Position numbers and translations under genes: made by a program. A stretch of DNA of 64,000 nucleotides from Amoebophrya sp. A120 (lineage: Eukaryota > Protista > Dinoflagellata): positions 2,892,658 to 2,956,657 of the forward strand of contig CAJINV010000006.1 of the NCBI GenBank assembly GCA_905178155.1, given 5' to 3'. The first letter of the stretch is position 1. Every line of letters starts with the position of its first letter. Below, one piece after another: positions 10,854 to 24,900 of this stretch. The notes beneath the pieces are model-generated. The model did no database searches. It was not told where the DNA came from and was given only the letters and a program-made list of their open reading frames with translations.

Positions 10854-12925
10854 CAAGGCGTTTAATGAGCCTTGTCGTTTCTGCCTGTTTCGCATGACAA
10901 GAAAAAGTTGTGCGAAAAGCATTTTGTATGTTAGTTTATTTCCCCGGTACAAAATAATCTTCTTGCTCTTGTAAAACTCTTGTAGTCCTCGTAAATAAAA
11001 CCAGCACGACCTCACTGCTTGTAATAGTAATGCACTAAAAGTTAAAGTGATTCGGCTTTATCACAACTGGTTACATTGAAAATCAAAGCGGAAACCCGAA
11101 TGCAAAAAAGAACCCCTTTGAAATGCATTTTGACCTGTACTAACAAGTGTAAGTATCTCTCTCTCGTCTCTTGTTCTGTAAGATAACAAACTACGGCTGC
11201 AAGAATCCAAACTACTGTACGATTTAATATTCCATCTCAGATAACAAACTTCTACCCCGTAACTTTATTAGGACAAAAGTATTCATCTTGACAGAACGAA
11301 GTTACAACCGTATTCAATCACAATGCAGAATCAATAATACAAATGCACCCGGAGCTCAAGCTTTTTACCTACACGCTTTTGATATCAGAATGCCAAAATG
11401 AACTACGGTCTACAGTATGGTATGCTTTTCTTCTGCGTTTGGTGATGTCTCCATGTTTCACTTTGCTGTGTAACGTCGGGAAGCAGGGAAGGTGGCGTTC
11501 AGTAGACACAAAAAGCATTGTTACGACCACAACGAACTCCAAAAGGACACTGTTCCTCTTGTGATGTTGTGCGATATCCTTTACCTAGTATAGTAACTCT
11601 TGCGATTAAATCTAAATTTGCTTTCTTGTAGAACTTTTTAGAATCCATCAATACGAAACTGAGACAAACACGATAGACCTGCTGCTTATGCTGTGCGCAC
11701 CGGTTGTACTAGCGCACCAGTTTACGTCGACCTAGCGCGCGGAGGTAGGAGGTTCTTCTTGTGCCCAACCAATACCTGGCTTTATATGTTCCTAGAAAAT
11801 GGTCCTCTAGGTCGCCGGTCATCGCCCAGCCGCAGCTGAGTCGTGTCCAAAATTATACTTGAGCTTACTTTGTTTATCTTCAATAGTGTAGTCCTCAACC
11901 TGTACAATATCAACACAGCTTTCCCCTACGCCTTGATCTGCAAGTAGGAGTGGAACTTCTACAGATGAAACTTGCTACGAGGAGTACTTTCGAAGGGAAG
12001 TAGAAGAGCAGTCCTCTTCACGGTGCTTGTAAAATGATTCAAATGAAAATGTAAAAACAACCAAACTCTAGTTGTGTGCAACGAAGCTACAGTACAAGAA
12101 GGAAAGAGAATCGGTGATAAACAGCTGGGGCGGAGGGCGAGGCGGTTTCTCGATGCAAATGAGCAGAACAACTTCCCTCCTGCCCGACATAATATACGGC
12201 GAAGGTGTTCAGGATCAGGGCCGAGCACGCCTGCTGCTATAGTCCTAGTCCTAGTTTCATTAACTTGTTTCAAAGAATGAGGTTGTTCTAATAAAATCCT
12301 CCACCTCCTCATAAATATGAATGTCGGACGTGCAATCCTCCCTGAGCCTAGTTTAGTATCATTAGCGCTTGTCACCATGCATGCAACATGTACAGGCTCA
12401 CAGGAGGGAGAAAGATGATCAATGGAGCTATGAAAAACGAAACCACGACGACTCTCCTAGTGAAACGTCCATGATTTGTCGTGTTGCTGTCGTGGTTAGC
12501 AAAGCATCACTCTGTACTGCACGACTCTGAACAGCGATAATCTGTTGTTGTACTAGTGGCAAAAAGTCATGTTGAGATCTGATTTCCGCTCAAGAGTACT
12601 AGAGTAATTTCGCTAGAAGTAGAATTAGAAGTACAGTTTGTTCGTTTGTTCATCAACAGCAATCGATTTTTGAGTACAGTAGTTTCGATAAAAGCAACAC
12701 AATTCGCGTCTAGTTGTGACGGTGCGTTAATCGCGACAGATTGATAAACAGCTAGAAACAAGGATTTATGAAACAGGTGAAGTTGGCAAACAAGCGACAG
12801 TTGTCTTTATTCAGCAGAATGACGTGGAAGCTACGATCCCGCTATGAATTCTCCCTGGCCCCCTCCCCAGGACTGTAGCTGTACGTCGACGACAAAGGAC
12901 GAGCGGCGACCGACAACATTATTAC

Positions 12926-15900
12926 ATGATGAGCGACCCCCTGGACCACGTTGAGGCAGCAGCGGTCGCCCCCCCGGAGGGGTCGCAAGGTCAACAAATT
13001 CATCCGGGTGCGGCAGTTCTACACCCAGACGAAATTGCTGCTGCCGTGGTTGTATCAAGTGCAAAAATGTCTGGGTCTGGAAGAATGCATGTTTGTCATG
13101 CTTGTCTGGCATGACTCTTAAATCTGTCATGCACTTTTACCCAACAGCTCCATTTTTCTGTGATGCAGAAACGCAGTTCGTCATGCAGAATAGGCAACAC
13201 CTAGAAGCTCAGATGAAACTTGTCATGCTAAGCCAGCACTTGTAGTTGCCTCATCATGAGACGCCGCCCAGCATCACAAGTTTCCAGACCCAGACATTTT
13301 TGCAATTCATAGGTTGCTGATGTGGAGTCCGACACTGAGTCGACGACGAGCTCCGTCTATGCAAAGAAAAAAGTGTTACAGTACGTATACACATTGTGTA
13401 GTTCTTGCAAGACCGGTAAGACAGTAAACCTTTGTCATGCACGAACTGCTTTCGAATTCGAGGCTTGTTTCATATTCACGCGTGTTCTTTTACCATCTCT
13501 GAATGGCAAGTTTTCTCTGTCATGCAGAGATGAAAATTTGTGTCTCTACTGCATGTTGTAATTACAACAAATGTGTACCTACCTGTAAATGCACGTTTTT
13601 CGCGGGATACTGTCGTGGACCAAAATTCCCTACAAGTGGATATGAACTGCAAAAGTATCGTACTCGTATAAATGCAATACAAATTTTCCCAGCATGAGAA
13701 ATGAAATTTGTAATGCTGATTTACCTTAAAAGAAGGATTTGTAATGCAAGACTTGCATTTATACGAATACGATACTTTTGCACAGGATAGTGGACCACCA
13801 CCAACAACTTCATGTCCCCATTATCAAATGCAAAAATGTTTGGGTCTGGAAACTTGTGATGCTGAACTGCGCATGATTGAAGCGCTTCCAATGGCAGCCA
13901 AGCATGACAAGTTTTTGAGAGGCCTGCTGATGCCTAGCACGCATTACAAATTGCGTTTTTGCATGACAAAGAAAGCCTCTGTTTTGCTGCTCATGCAACA
14001 CAGATTTTCCACGAATGCATGACACGCATTACAAGTTCCACTTTTCCAGACCCAGACATTTTTACATTTGATACCCATTCTCGGTGGCGTACAAGGCAAC
14101 AGCCACTCTCTCAACGACACACTGGCGCAGTCCCGCATCGACACGGCGCGATTGCTGGGAAGCCGCGGCTTCGTGTTCCCCCCAGCACCAGGAACATCAA
14201 ATGGGGCAACTGCCAACGTGGTGGACGCAGGACCCGGAGGCGCAAATTTGGCCGGGAATGGCGGGTCCGGGGCACCCACGCCGTTTGGGGCCAACGATTA
14301 TCGTTTTTTCGCGAATAATTCCGCAATGACCCACCTATTACCGGAGCACATTGAGGACGATTTTTTGCGGTTGCAGGCTATGCGAAGAAAAATCTGTTTC
14401 ACTGTGGTGATTTTGCAAGATCTGCATCACAACTTTGTTACACATGACAAAGAAATAAACTTGGCATGCGTGCTTCCTAAAAAGGGAAATAAACACAACT
14501 AGAAATAGAATGTGTTTCATGTGTAGCAAGACAAACACATTTGCGTTGCGTTCTATCATGCATCACGAAGTTTACAGTGAAACAGTTTTTTCTTCCCGCG
14601 ATACAGGCGGAACAGAAAATTTTAGAGACCGTGATGCGCGAGAACAGGCGGCTTGAGGACGAAATGCTGTTCTATCGGGACAGAACCAAGGATCTACTGG
14701 AACGGGAGAAAACGTATGTTAATGTGATTCTGTTTCCACCTTTGAGAAGGTTCAAAGACCAAGCTTTGAATTTCGCTTATATGGTGCTGATGCTGTGCTG
14801 CTGTGTAAGACAGGACATGTCATGTTGTCTCGCATCGTGGTCCACCAACCGCGCGACAACGACAAACACACATGACGAAATAAATCAGGCTTCGCATTTC
14901 CCAGATGGAAAACCAATCGAAGGCGGAAGCGCTGGAATCGTCCCGGGACCAGGTGTATCCAATGTAAATATCGTCCTTGAATCTAGTCGGGAAACTTGTA
15001 AAGTGCTCAGTTGCAAGCCCAGCATGAGAAATTTAATATTCGCGCGGCTTCAAACATATTCTTGTTTTGCTTTCCGCATATGAAACTGCGTTTTTGCATG
15101 ACAAGAAAACGGTCAACATCCCTTCTTGGACACGCAACACAAACTCTTCAGTCATGCGAGACACACACGCCAGCGTGAGTACAAACATTTTATCCTTCGA
15201 GACCACCCAGATCGGTATTTGCAATGCATAAGGTTGCCGACAACTACGGCAAAAAGCTCTTCAAGCTGGAGCGGCATTATCAAATGCAAATATGTCTGGG
15301 TCTGGAAAAGTGCAACGTTTGTCATGCACGTTTTGCATGACGCGTGAGGTCTGTGATGCATGCCCTAGCATCACAGATTCTGTGAGATCTTTTCCATGCC
15401 TTTTCCGCATGGATGAGAAACTGCCTCTCGGCCTTCTTAAAAATAAAAGTGAACAGCTTTATTGGTAATCACGCAACACAGATTTTTGCATGCTTCAGAT
15501 TTAGCATGACAAGTTGTACTCTTCCAGACCCAGACACTTTTACACTTGATAGGCATTTGGCGAAGACGAAATTCGAAAACAAGCAACTGAAAACCGAGAT
15601 GGTAATTGCGCAACAGCATGTGTTATCCTGTGCAAAAGTATCGCACTCGTATACGTATTGCAATCATGCATTATCTTGAGGTAGATCAGCATTTTACAAA
15701 TTTCATTTCTCACGCTGAGGAAATTTGTAAATGCATTTATACGAGTGCGATACCTTTGCAGTGGATACGTGTATGAGCAGCAGGAGTTTTTTGAAAAGCA
15801 CATGACCAGCATGGAGGAGGCGCAGGAAAGAGAAAGCAAGGACAAGAAATATCCTAAGCAAAAACGTCCCCACCCCATAGTCAAGTTGGGAATCTAGCAA

Positions 15901-18900
15901 CACAAATCTCCAAGCTTTGGGGACTGTACATGACAAGTTTCCCTCTGCAGTGTAGTTCTGATTGGCAAGATGAGCCGCATGAGAAAGCCACTTTCACATC
16001 CTGTTTACAGCATTACAAATTCCAAAACACGATTGGAAATCGCTCTCGTGGACGAGCTGCGCATTCCAAATGTTCCTGTTACTGCGCATTTGCATGACAA
16101 CTCTGGTGTGGGGACGTTTTTACTCAGGACAAAAAACTTCTGAAGGAGCAAGCGGAGAAGGCGGAGCAAGAAAAGCAGAAGCTCGACGCGGAAAAACAAG
16201 TTCTCTCCACTGACCTCGTTCTGATCGACAAGAAAAAGAAGGAGGAAATCCTAGCGATGAAAAAGGACTGCGTATCAAAGTGAAAATTCCCCACCCCATA
16301 TTCAAAAGACAACTTGTGTTGCTGGATTTCTGTACACAAATGAACTTTGTACTGCAGCAAGAGCTTGCGCTTGTCGGCATATTCTATCTGAGCCCATTTG
16401 GGTACGCATCCGGCAAGCAGCTGAGCATGCGAAACAAGTCTGACATGGGCGAAATCGCATGACAGACTCGCTGCACAATGCGCCGCATGGGTGCCGTTTG
16501 CCTTGTACGCAAGACAAAGCTGATTCGTGGTCACAAATCAGCATCACAAATTTCCTTTTCGATATGGGCAGGGGGGATTTTTCCTTACGATACTGCGAGG
16601 ACCGGCTAGAGACCTTGACCAAGGAACTCACCGCCGAAAAGACGGCAGAGCTCGAAACCCTGAAAGCAGAACTCACATTATGCTATGTAAAAACGTCGCC
16701 ACGAACCCATAGTCAAGTTGGGGAATCGGCTAGACAAATCCACAAGTTTTGGCTGTTTTGCATGACAGATTTGGAGTCGTAGTGTAGTGCTATTTGCGGT
16801 AGTTTAGCAGCGTCACAGATCTGGGCCATCATACTGATTGGAGCATGACAAATTCCAAAACACGACTAGAAAGCGCTTCGCATGGGGCTCCGGATGAGAA
16901 ACATGCTTAGCATGCAGATTTGCATCGCAACTACCAACTATGGGATGGCGACGTTTTTAAATACGATACATACACAAACTCGCAGAAGAGACCACTCGAG
17001 CGGAAGCGCAGCTCGCGGAGGCGGAGCAGGCACACGCGGCCCACCTCGAGAAGTTGACAACGGAACACGAGCAAGCCAAGCAGGAGGGGATCGAAGCAGC
17101 GCAGGCGCAGTGCGAGGAGCGGTTGGCCGGGGAAAGGGAGGTATTCAGAAGAGAAAAGGAGAAACTGCAAGAAGACCTGATCGAGGAAAAACAGAACGCA
17201 GACATAAAAATCAACGCACTGCAAGTGGAACTGACCGAGAAGAATCAGAATTTTGACCAAGCGTCCATCGAAGTCGAGCAACAGATGCTACAGTTCCAAG
17301 AATATTAAATGCAACAGCATCGTACTAGTATACTACAAATCGCATGACAAATCTCCTCAGCATGAGAAATAGAATTTTGTAATGCGGACTCAACTTGAGA
17401 AAGAAACTTGTAATGCATGAATGCGATTAGAAGTACGACTACGATACTTTTGCACAGGATAAAGAACAGGTGCAGCAGTTGCAGGACGAGAAGCAGTTTT
17501 TGCAAACGGACTTTGACCAGTTGAAGTTAGACTTGGAAAAAGTAGCAAATGCAAAAATGTCTGGGTCTGGGAGATTGCGATATATGTCATGCCAGTCTGG
17601 CATGACTCTGAACTCTGTGTTGCATGGCCGCGAAGAGCTCCGCCTCCCTGTCATGCAAAAACGCAGTTTGTCATGCGGAATAATACGCAACTCAGAACCA
17701 TGAAACAAATTTGTCATGCTTGGCAGCGCATCACAGTGAATTCACTATTCCCTTTCTTGCGTCACAAGTTTCCAGACCCAGATCGATATTTGCAATGCAT
17801 AGAAAGCCGAGTCCGACAATGCGCAGGAAAAGATTCTGTTGGAGAACGAGTTTGAGCAAAAGCTGGAGCGGTCCCTGGGCGAGGAGCGGAAAAAGCTGGA
17901 ACAAAAGGTATGACCTGCTCAAACGTTACAATCTCAAACGTTACAATAGAATCTGGATTTTGTCTTGCATGAAGAGCATGAGGAACGTATGTGGAGTTGC
18001 GCCTTTCGCAATACAAATTTTGCCGGATATCGATGGGGTTTTAGGTGCCGAAACTTGTTGTAATGCGCAAACCTATGGGAATACGGTAGATCATGCACTT
18101 CCTGCATCACAGATTTCCATATTCTATTCGTAACGTTTGAGATTGTAACAGCTGAGCAAGTTATAAAAGGTAAGCCAGATTGAGTCGGAGTTCATGCAGC
18201 AGTTTGAGATGAAAGAGCATATGAACTGCAAAAGTATCGTACTCGTATAAACGCATTACAAATTTCCTGAGCATGAGAAATCAAATTTGTAATGCGGATA
18301 TACGTTTAGAAAAAAATTTGTAATGCATGATTGCAATTACTACGAGTGCGATACTTTTGCACAGGATAGAGCAGGAAGCGCTGGACCTGCAGAAGGAGCT
18401 GGATTTGGTCAACAAGGAGTGCAACGAGCTGAAGGAAAAGGTCGATAGCATGGAGGTCGACAAAACGAAAGAGTTCACCCATATGGAAGTGTCAGGATTG
18501 AAATCGTCAAAGTTGAAAAGATTTGTAATGCATAAAACCGATACCAGATGGAAGCCCACTTATCAAGCGCCGCGTGACAAATTTTCCGAGCACGGGAATC
18601 AATCCAAGTTTTCATGCTGTTTCGGCACAGGAGACAGCTTTTGTCATGCTACTTTAGCAGCTCTGTCCCAAACCCTAGACAGGCTCACAATCGGCCTCAC
18701 TTGCCATCCCTGCAACACAGGCACCTCATGCTTTGCATTTTATGCATTGCAAGTTATTTCAACTTTGTTGATTTCAAACCTGACGCTTCCATAGCCCAGG
18801 AAGACCTCGAAAAGCGGATCGCGGAGGAAAAAGAACAGTGGGAAATTATCCCGAGCAAAAACGTCTCCACCCCATACCCATTTTGTGAAAATAGCGAAGT

Positions 18901-21900
18901 TTCTCTGTGCTTTATTTTGGTCTTTTCCAGTACATAAACAAACACAAAGTCAAGATAGGGAATCTTCTGTTAGACAAATCCGCAAGTTTTGGCTGTCGCG
19001 CATGACAAGTTTGGGCTCGTAGTGTTAGTCGTAGTCCTATTGTGATTTAGCTAGTGCAACCGCGTCACAACTCGGTCACCTTATTCTGATTCCAGCATGA
19101 CAAAGTCCCTAATAGCATTAGAGAATAGTCCTCATGGGGCTGCGCACGAGAAATGTTTTAGACTTGCAAACTTGCATGACAACTCTGGGATGGGGACGTT
19201 TTTCCACAGGATAGAAATGAGTCGGGCCATGGAGGACCAGGCGAAGCGGGACAACCTCGAGCACCTGGAACTGAAGCACAGCGGCGAGATTCACCAGCTG
19301 CAGCAAGAATTGCAGCGCGCGAAGGAGTATCAAATGCAAACCATGTCTGGGTCTGGAAGGATGCAGAGTTCTTTGTCATGCTTCGATCTGGCATGACTGA
19401 GGAGTATGGTGATGCGTGTCCCAAGAAGAGACCCATGCTCGTGCCATGCAAAAAGAAACGCAGTTTGTCATGCGGAAGCCGGAACATATAGGCACGAAAA
19501 TTGTACTTCCCATGCGTGGCTGTGCATTACAGAGCACTCACTAATATTTCCAACTCAGCATTACAAGTTTCCAGACCCAGACATAGATATTTGCAATGCA
19601 TAAGGAGGAAGGGGCCGCGAAAGTGTCGCAGTTGGAGCAGCAATATCCTGTGCAAAAGTATCGTACTCGTATATAGTGCAAGCCTTGCATGACAAATCTT
19701 TTTCTTAAGGTAAATCCACATTACAAATTTTATTTCTCATGCTGAAAATTTGTAATGCATTTGTACGAGTGCGATACTTTTGCAATTCATAAGCAACTCG
19801 ATTCCCTGCGCCACGAGCGGGAAGCGCAGGAGAGGGCGTGGCAAGCGGATGCCCAAGCGTCGCTCGAGCGAGAGGTGGCTGCGGAAGTTGCGAAGGTGAA
19901 TCAACAGCACGAGGAACTCCTCACACGAACTCTGGCCGAAGAACGAGAGCAGACGCAGCAGCGCGTCACCGCCTATGCATTGCAAGAGTATCGTACTCGT
20001 ATAAATGCATTACAAATTTCCTCAGCATGAGAAAGAAAATTTGTAGTGCTCATGTACGCTAAGGAAACGCATGATTGCAATACGAGTCCGATACTTTTGC
20101 ACAGGATACCGCCGAGCTGACGGAAAAACTCGACGCAGAGCTAAACGAGAAGCAGCAGCAGCTGACGCTATCGCACGAAAAAAGTGTTACAGTTACACAT
20201 TGTGTTGCAAGACCGGCAACACAGACAACCTTTCTCATGCAGGAAATGCTTGGGAATGGGAGCCTCGTTTCCTTCCTGTTTTCCCTTATGATCTTCGCAT
20301 TACAAGTTTTCTCTGCCACACAGAGAAAATTTGTGATGCAGAAACTCCAACAAATGTGTGACTGTAACACTTTTTTCTCATGATAGACGCAGGCAGTGCA
20401 GTACTACGAACTGGCCTACAACCAGAATCTTATCAAATGTAAAAATGTCTGGGTCTGGAAAGTTGGAACTTGTGATGCTAACTTTGGACTCTAAAAAAAT
20501 CTGTATTGCATGACCAGCAAGAGGAGCCACATTTGTGCTACGCGAGGAGGGCATTTGTCATGCGGAAATGGCATCAGGAAGCTTTCCAAAAATCTGTGAT
20601 GCTGGGTCATGCATTACAAGCATCATGGGCCATGCCAGACAAGCATGACAAGCCTTCCATTCTTCCAGACCCAGACATTTTTACACTTGATAAATCTGGA
20701 GCTGCAGCAAAAGCTGCAGGAAGCGACGGAGGGTTCGGAAAAGCAAAAATTGGATACGGAAACAACGGTGCGCGAACTGACAGCACAGTGCGAGCGGGAG
20801 AAGCAGGACTTGGAAGTATTACAATGAAAAATGCCCCCGCCCCCGAACTTGGGAGGATTTGTATTGCAAACCTTTCCAAATGAAACATTCGCCCTCTTGC
20901 ATCTATCAGCATCACAGGTTTCCAATCGTGAATAGCAAAAATTTGTCTTGCAAAAGATCCCAGCAAGAGCGGCGCCTGTCATGGAAGCGATGCGATACAC
21001 ACCTAGACTCTGCATCAGAAAGATTCATACTCCTTTCATGCATGACAAAACGTTTTTATTTGGAAACTTCGCATCACAAATTTTTGCAATTTCAGGGGTG
21101 GGGGCGGGCATTTTTCATTGTAATAGGAAGCAAGGCTGCGGCACGAGCTGGGGGAGAAACACGCCGAGCAGCTCGAAAAACATACCAAATGCAAAAATGT
21201 CTGGGTCTGGAAACTTGTAATGCTAAACGTGAATGGAAGACGCACTGCAGTGCGCAGCTATGCATGACAACTTTTTTGGCTGCCATGTCTTACGTATTAC
21301 GCATGGCAAACTGCGTTTTTGCATGACAGGCAAGAGGGCCTTTTCGCGCCTATGCAACACAGATTCTCGAGCCATGCCAGACAAGCATGACAAACTTCCA
21401 TTCTTCCAGACCCAGACATATTTCCATTTGATAAAACAGGCCCAGGAACAACAAATCGCCCTCCAAGAACAGCAACGGCGTGATGCGGAAGCAACGAGGG
21501 CTAGTGCCACGACTCTAACTCCCGAGCAGCGACAGGAGCTGGAGGCGGAGCTGCGTGCGGACTTTGAACAGCGCACAGACGCTATTCGGGCCGAAGAGAG
21601 GGAACGGGTCGAAAAAGAAGTCGAAGCGAGGGTGCGCGAGGAAGTGGAAAATAGTACAATGCGGACGCGGCAGGCCGAAGAGCTTGAGGCACTACAGCAG
21701 AAGTTGCACCATGCGGAGCACATGCAGCACATGCTGGAAGGCGAAAAGCACGAGTTGTTGGAGAAATTTGAACGACAAAACGCGGAAAGCCTGTCACCCA
21801 ACAGCAAGCAGGAATCTTTGTTGCAAACTCTGCAGCAGCAGTTCGACCAGGAGAAGGACGAGCTGCTGAAGCAGGCACAGTATCCTGTGCAAAAGTATCT

Positions 21901-24900
21901 GGTACTCGTATTGCAATCATGCATATACAAATCTTGGTCTTAAGGTAAATCAGCATTACAAATTTTATTTCGCATGCTGAGGGAATCTGTCGTGCGATTT
22001 CTACTAGTACGATACTTTTGCAATGCATACGCAGCGGGACTTGCTCGTGAGGGAAGAAGAATGCGAGAAGAAACTCGAGGACCTCCGACGGCAATTTTCG
22101 GAGGAAATGAGTGCGATAACCAAAAATGCTGGCCAGCAGCAGGACGCTGACCGCCTCGCGGACAACCAAGAAACCTTGGCCAGGGTTCAAAGAGAAAACG
22201 CCGTCTTGGTGGAGCAGAAGGAACAGCTCGAGACCGCGTTGCGCGACCTGGAAGGCTCCGCCGAGGCTAGAATTGCGGCCGTCGAGAAGGAAAAAGAGGA
22301 AGCGATTCGGGTCGCGAAAAACCGGAGCCCGGCACGGGATGAAAGTGGTGCCTCGGCCGGTATCGCAAGGAAAAACCTTCCCTCCCCATACTCAACCGGA
22401 GATTTGTGTAGCATGATTTGTGACCACAAATCCTTTTGTCATGCTAGAGGGGAAGAGATGCGTACTGTAGTGCTAGCATGCGTAGGAAAGCCTAGCGTCT
22501 TCAGCATGACAGGAAGCAACCGGAAACGGGAAACAGCATGACCAATTGCCTACAAACGAGGGAGCAACTGCGTCTCTTGGCCTTTTAGCAATACAAGTCG
22601 ATATGTGTACTCAACTACAGCAACACAAAATTTGTTTTCGATATCGGGAGGGGGGATTTTTCCTCACAATAGCCGGACTGGCTGCTGCTTCTAGCAGCAC
22701 TTCCAACCCCTCCGTTATTGCGCAATTGGAGCAGCAGCTGCAGGAGCAAGAGCAGGAGAATATGCATTGCAAATATCGATCTGGGTCTGGAAGATTAAAA
22801 CTTGTCATGCTAAAATTTGAACGATGCAAAAATCTGTGTTGCGTAAGTACCAAAAGCTGTCCGGTTTTGACCAAGTCGAGAGGGAGTTTCTGACGCAGGA
22901 AAGGCAGGATAGAAACCTCAAAGAATCTGTCATGCTGGATCTCGCATTCCAGACATCATGGGCCATGGAAAACCTGCATGACAAGTCTTGCAACGTTCCA
23001 GACATCCAGGGATAATATTTGCTTTTGATAGAGAACCAGAAGCTGCGAACTGCAGCGAAAACGCTATTGGATATCAAAGTGAAAAAAGCCCCCGCCACAT
23101 ATTGAAAAGATAATTTGTGTTGCTGGATTTGTGTACACAAAGGAACTCTGTATTGCAGCAAGAGCTTGTCTGCATATTCTAAGCCCATTTGGGTACTACA
23201 CATCCCGCTAGTAGCTGAGCATGCGAAACAAGTCTGACATAGGCGAAAACGCATGACAGACTCGCGGCACAATGCGCCACATGGTTGCCGTTTGCCTAAT
23301 GTACGCAAGACAAACCTGATCTGTGGTCACAAATCAGCATCAGAAATTTCCTTTTCGATATGGGGAGGGGGGATTTTTCCTCGCGATATTGGAGGAGAAC
23401 GACGAGCTGAAAGAGCGGGAGCTTCCCGACAACGAACAGATCCAAAAGCTGTACCATCGCAACAAATCAAAGCAGGAGGAGATCGAACTGCTTCGGCTCA
23501 CGATCCAGACCAAAGAAGAGGCCCTGCAATTAACGCTGGAAGAAACGACAAAGTTGCAGTATGCCTCGCTCAGACCGATTTTATAAAAATCTCAACTGTT
23601 GTTCCATACATAGAATCTGGATTTTGTCATCTCGCATGAGCAGCATGAGTACTAAACATATTAGAGAGTCACGACCACCTTGCGCTCATTTATTCCGCAA
23701 TACAAATTCATTGAGCCGAATATTTTTATCCGGCAGTTCTTTGGAGCCCTCGAGCTTGTCATGCGCAATTACTTATCCTGTGCTGGCGGTAGGCTAGATC
23801 GCGCGCTTCTATTATTTTGCATCTTCACAGACCTCCACTTCTATGTCTAGATAGTCTGTAACGTTCGAGAAGATTGTTGTAACATCACTTCTGAGCAGGG
23901 TATATGCAACCGAAGCTCGAGGAGCTGGAAACCGAGAAGAAAACGAACGAGGCGAAAATCGCGCAACTGCGACGCGTATGCATTGCAAATATGTCTGAGT
24001 CTGGAAGGGTGGAACTTGTCCTGCTAAATCCGAATCATGCAAAAATCTGTGTTGCATGAGTGCCAAAAGCTGTCCACTGTCAACCAAGTTGGGAGGGAGT
24101 TTCTCATGCAGGATAGGCATGACAAAGCGAAAGACCTCACAGAGTCTGTGTCATGCTAGGTCCCGCATTCCAGACGAGGCCTCATTGGTCATGGAAAACC
24201 TGCATGACAAGTTTAGACTCTTCCAGACCGAGACACATTTGCATTTCATAACGCGAGTACGCAGATCTGCTGGAGTCTGTATCCAGTGCAAAAGTTGTAT
24301 CGTGCTCGTACTCAACATTGCATTCATGCATTACAAATCTAGTTGTTACAGTAATAAATCCGCATTACAAATTCCAATCTGTAATGCTGAGCCAATTTGT
24401 ATTGCGGTGAAAGAATACTAGTACGATAGTACTTCTGCAAATCATAGTCTGTGCAAGGAAGCAACACGACCTCGACGGACGGAGGACAGACTGCACAGCA
24501 GGGTGGTACTATAGTGAGTATCAAAGTATGTGTGTGCAATGAAGCACTTCTATAGATACTCTTTGTGATGACGACGGGTTACATGGTGGAAGAGAATGAA
24601 TATCGATATTTATTATTTTGCAACGAAATTCCGACTACGTTTTTAATATTTTATTATCGAAATAAAAATCCAGACCTCGTCCAGGAGACGCTGGCGTTTC
24701 AACTCCGCAACAAGTCTATCAAATGTAAAAATGTCTGGGTCTGGAAGAATGCAACTTGTGATGCTAAATCTGAAGCATGCAAAAATCTGTGTTGCATGAT
24801 TACCAAAAGTCGTCCAGTTTTGACCAAGTCGGGCGGGAGTTTCTCATGCAGGATAGGCACGATAGAGATCGCACAGAATCTGTCATGCTAGATGCTGTAT

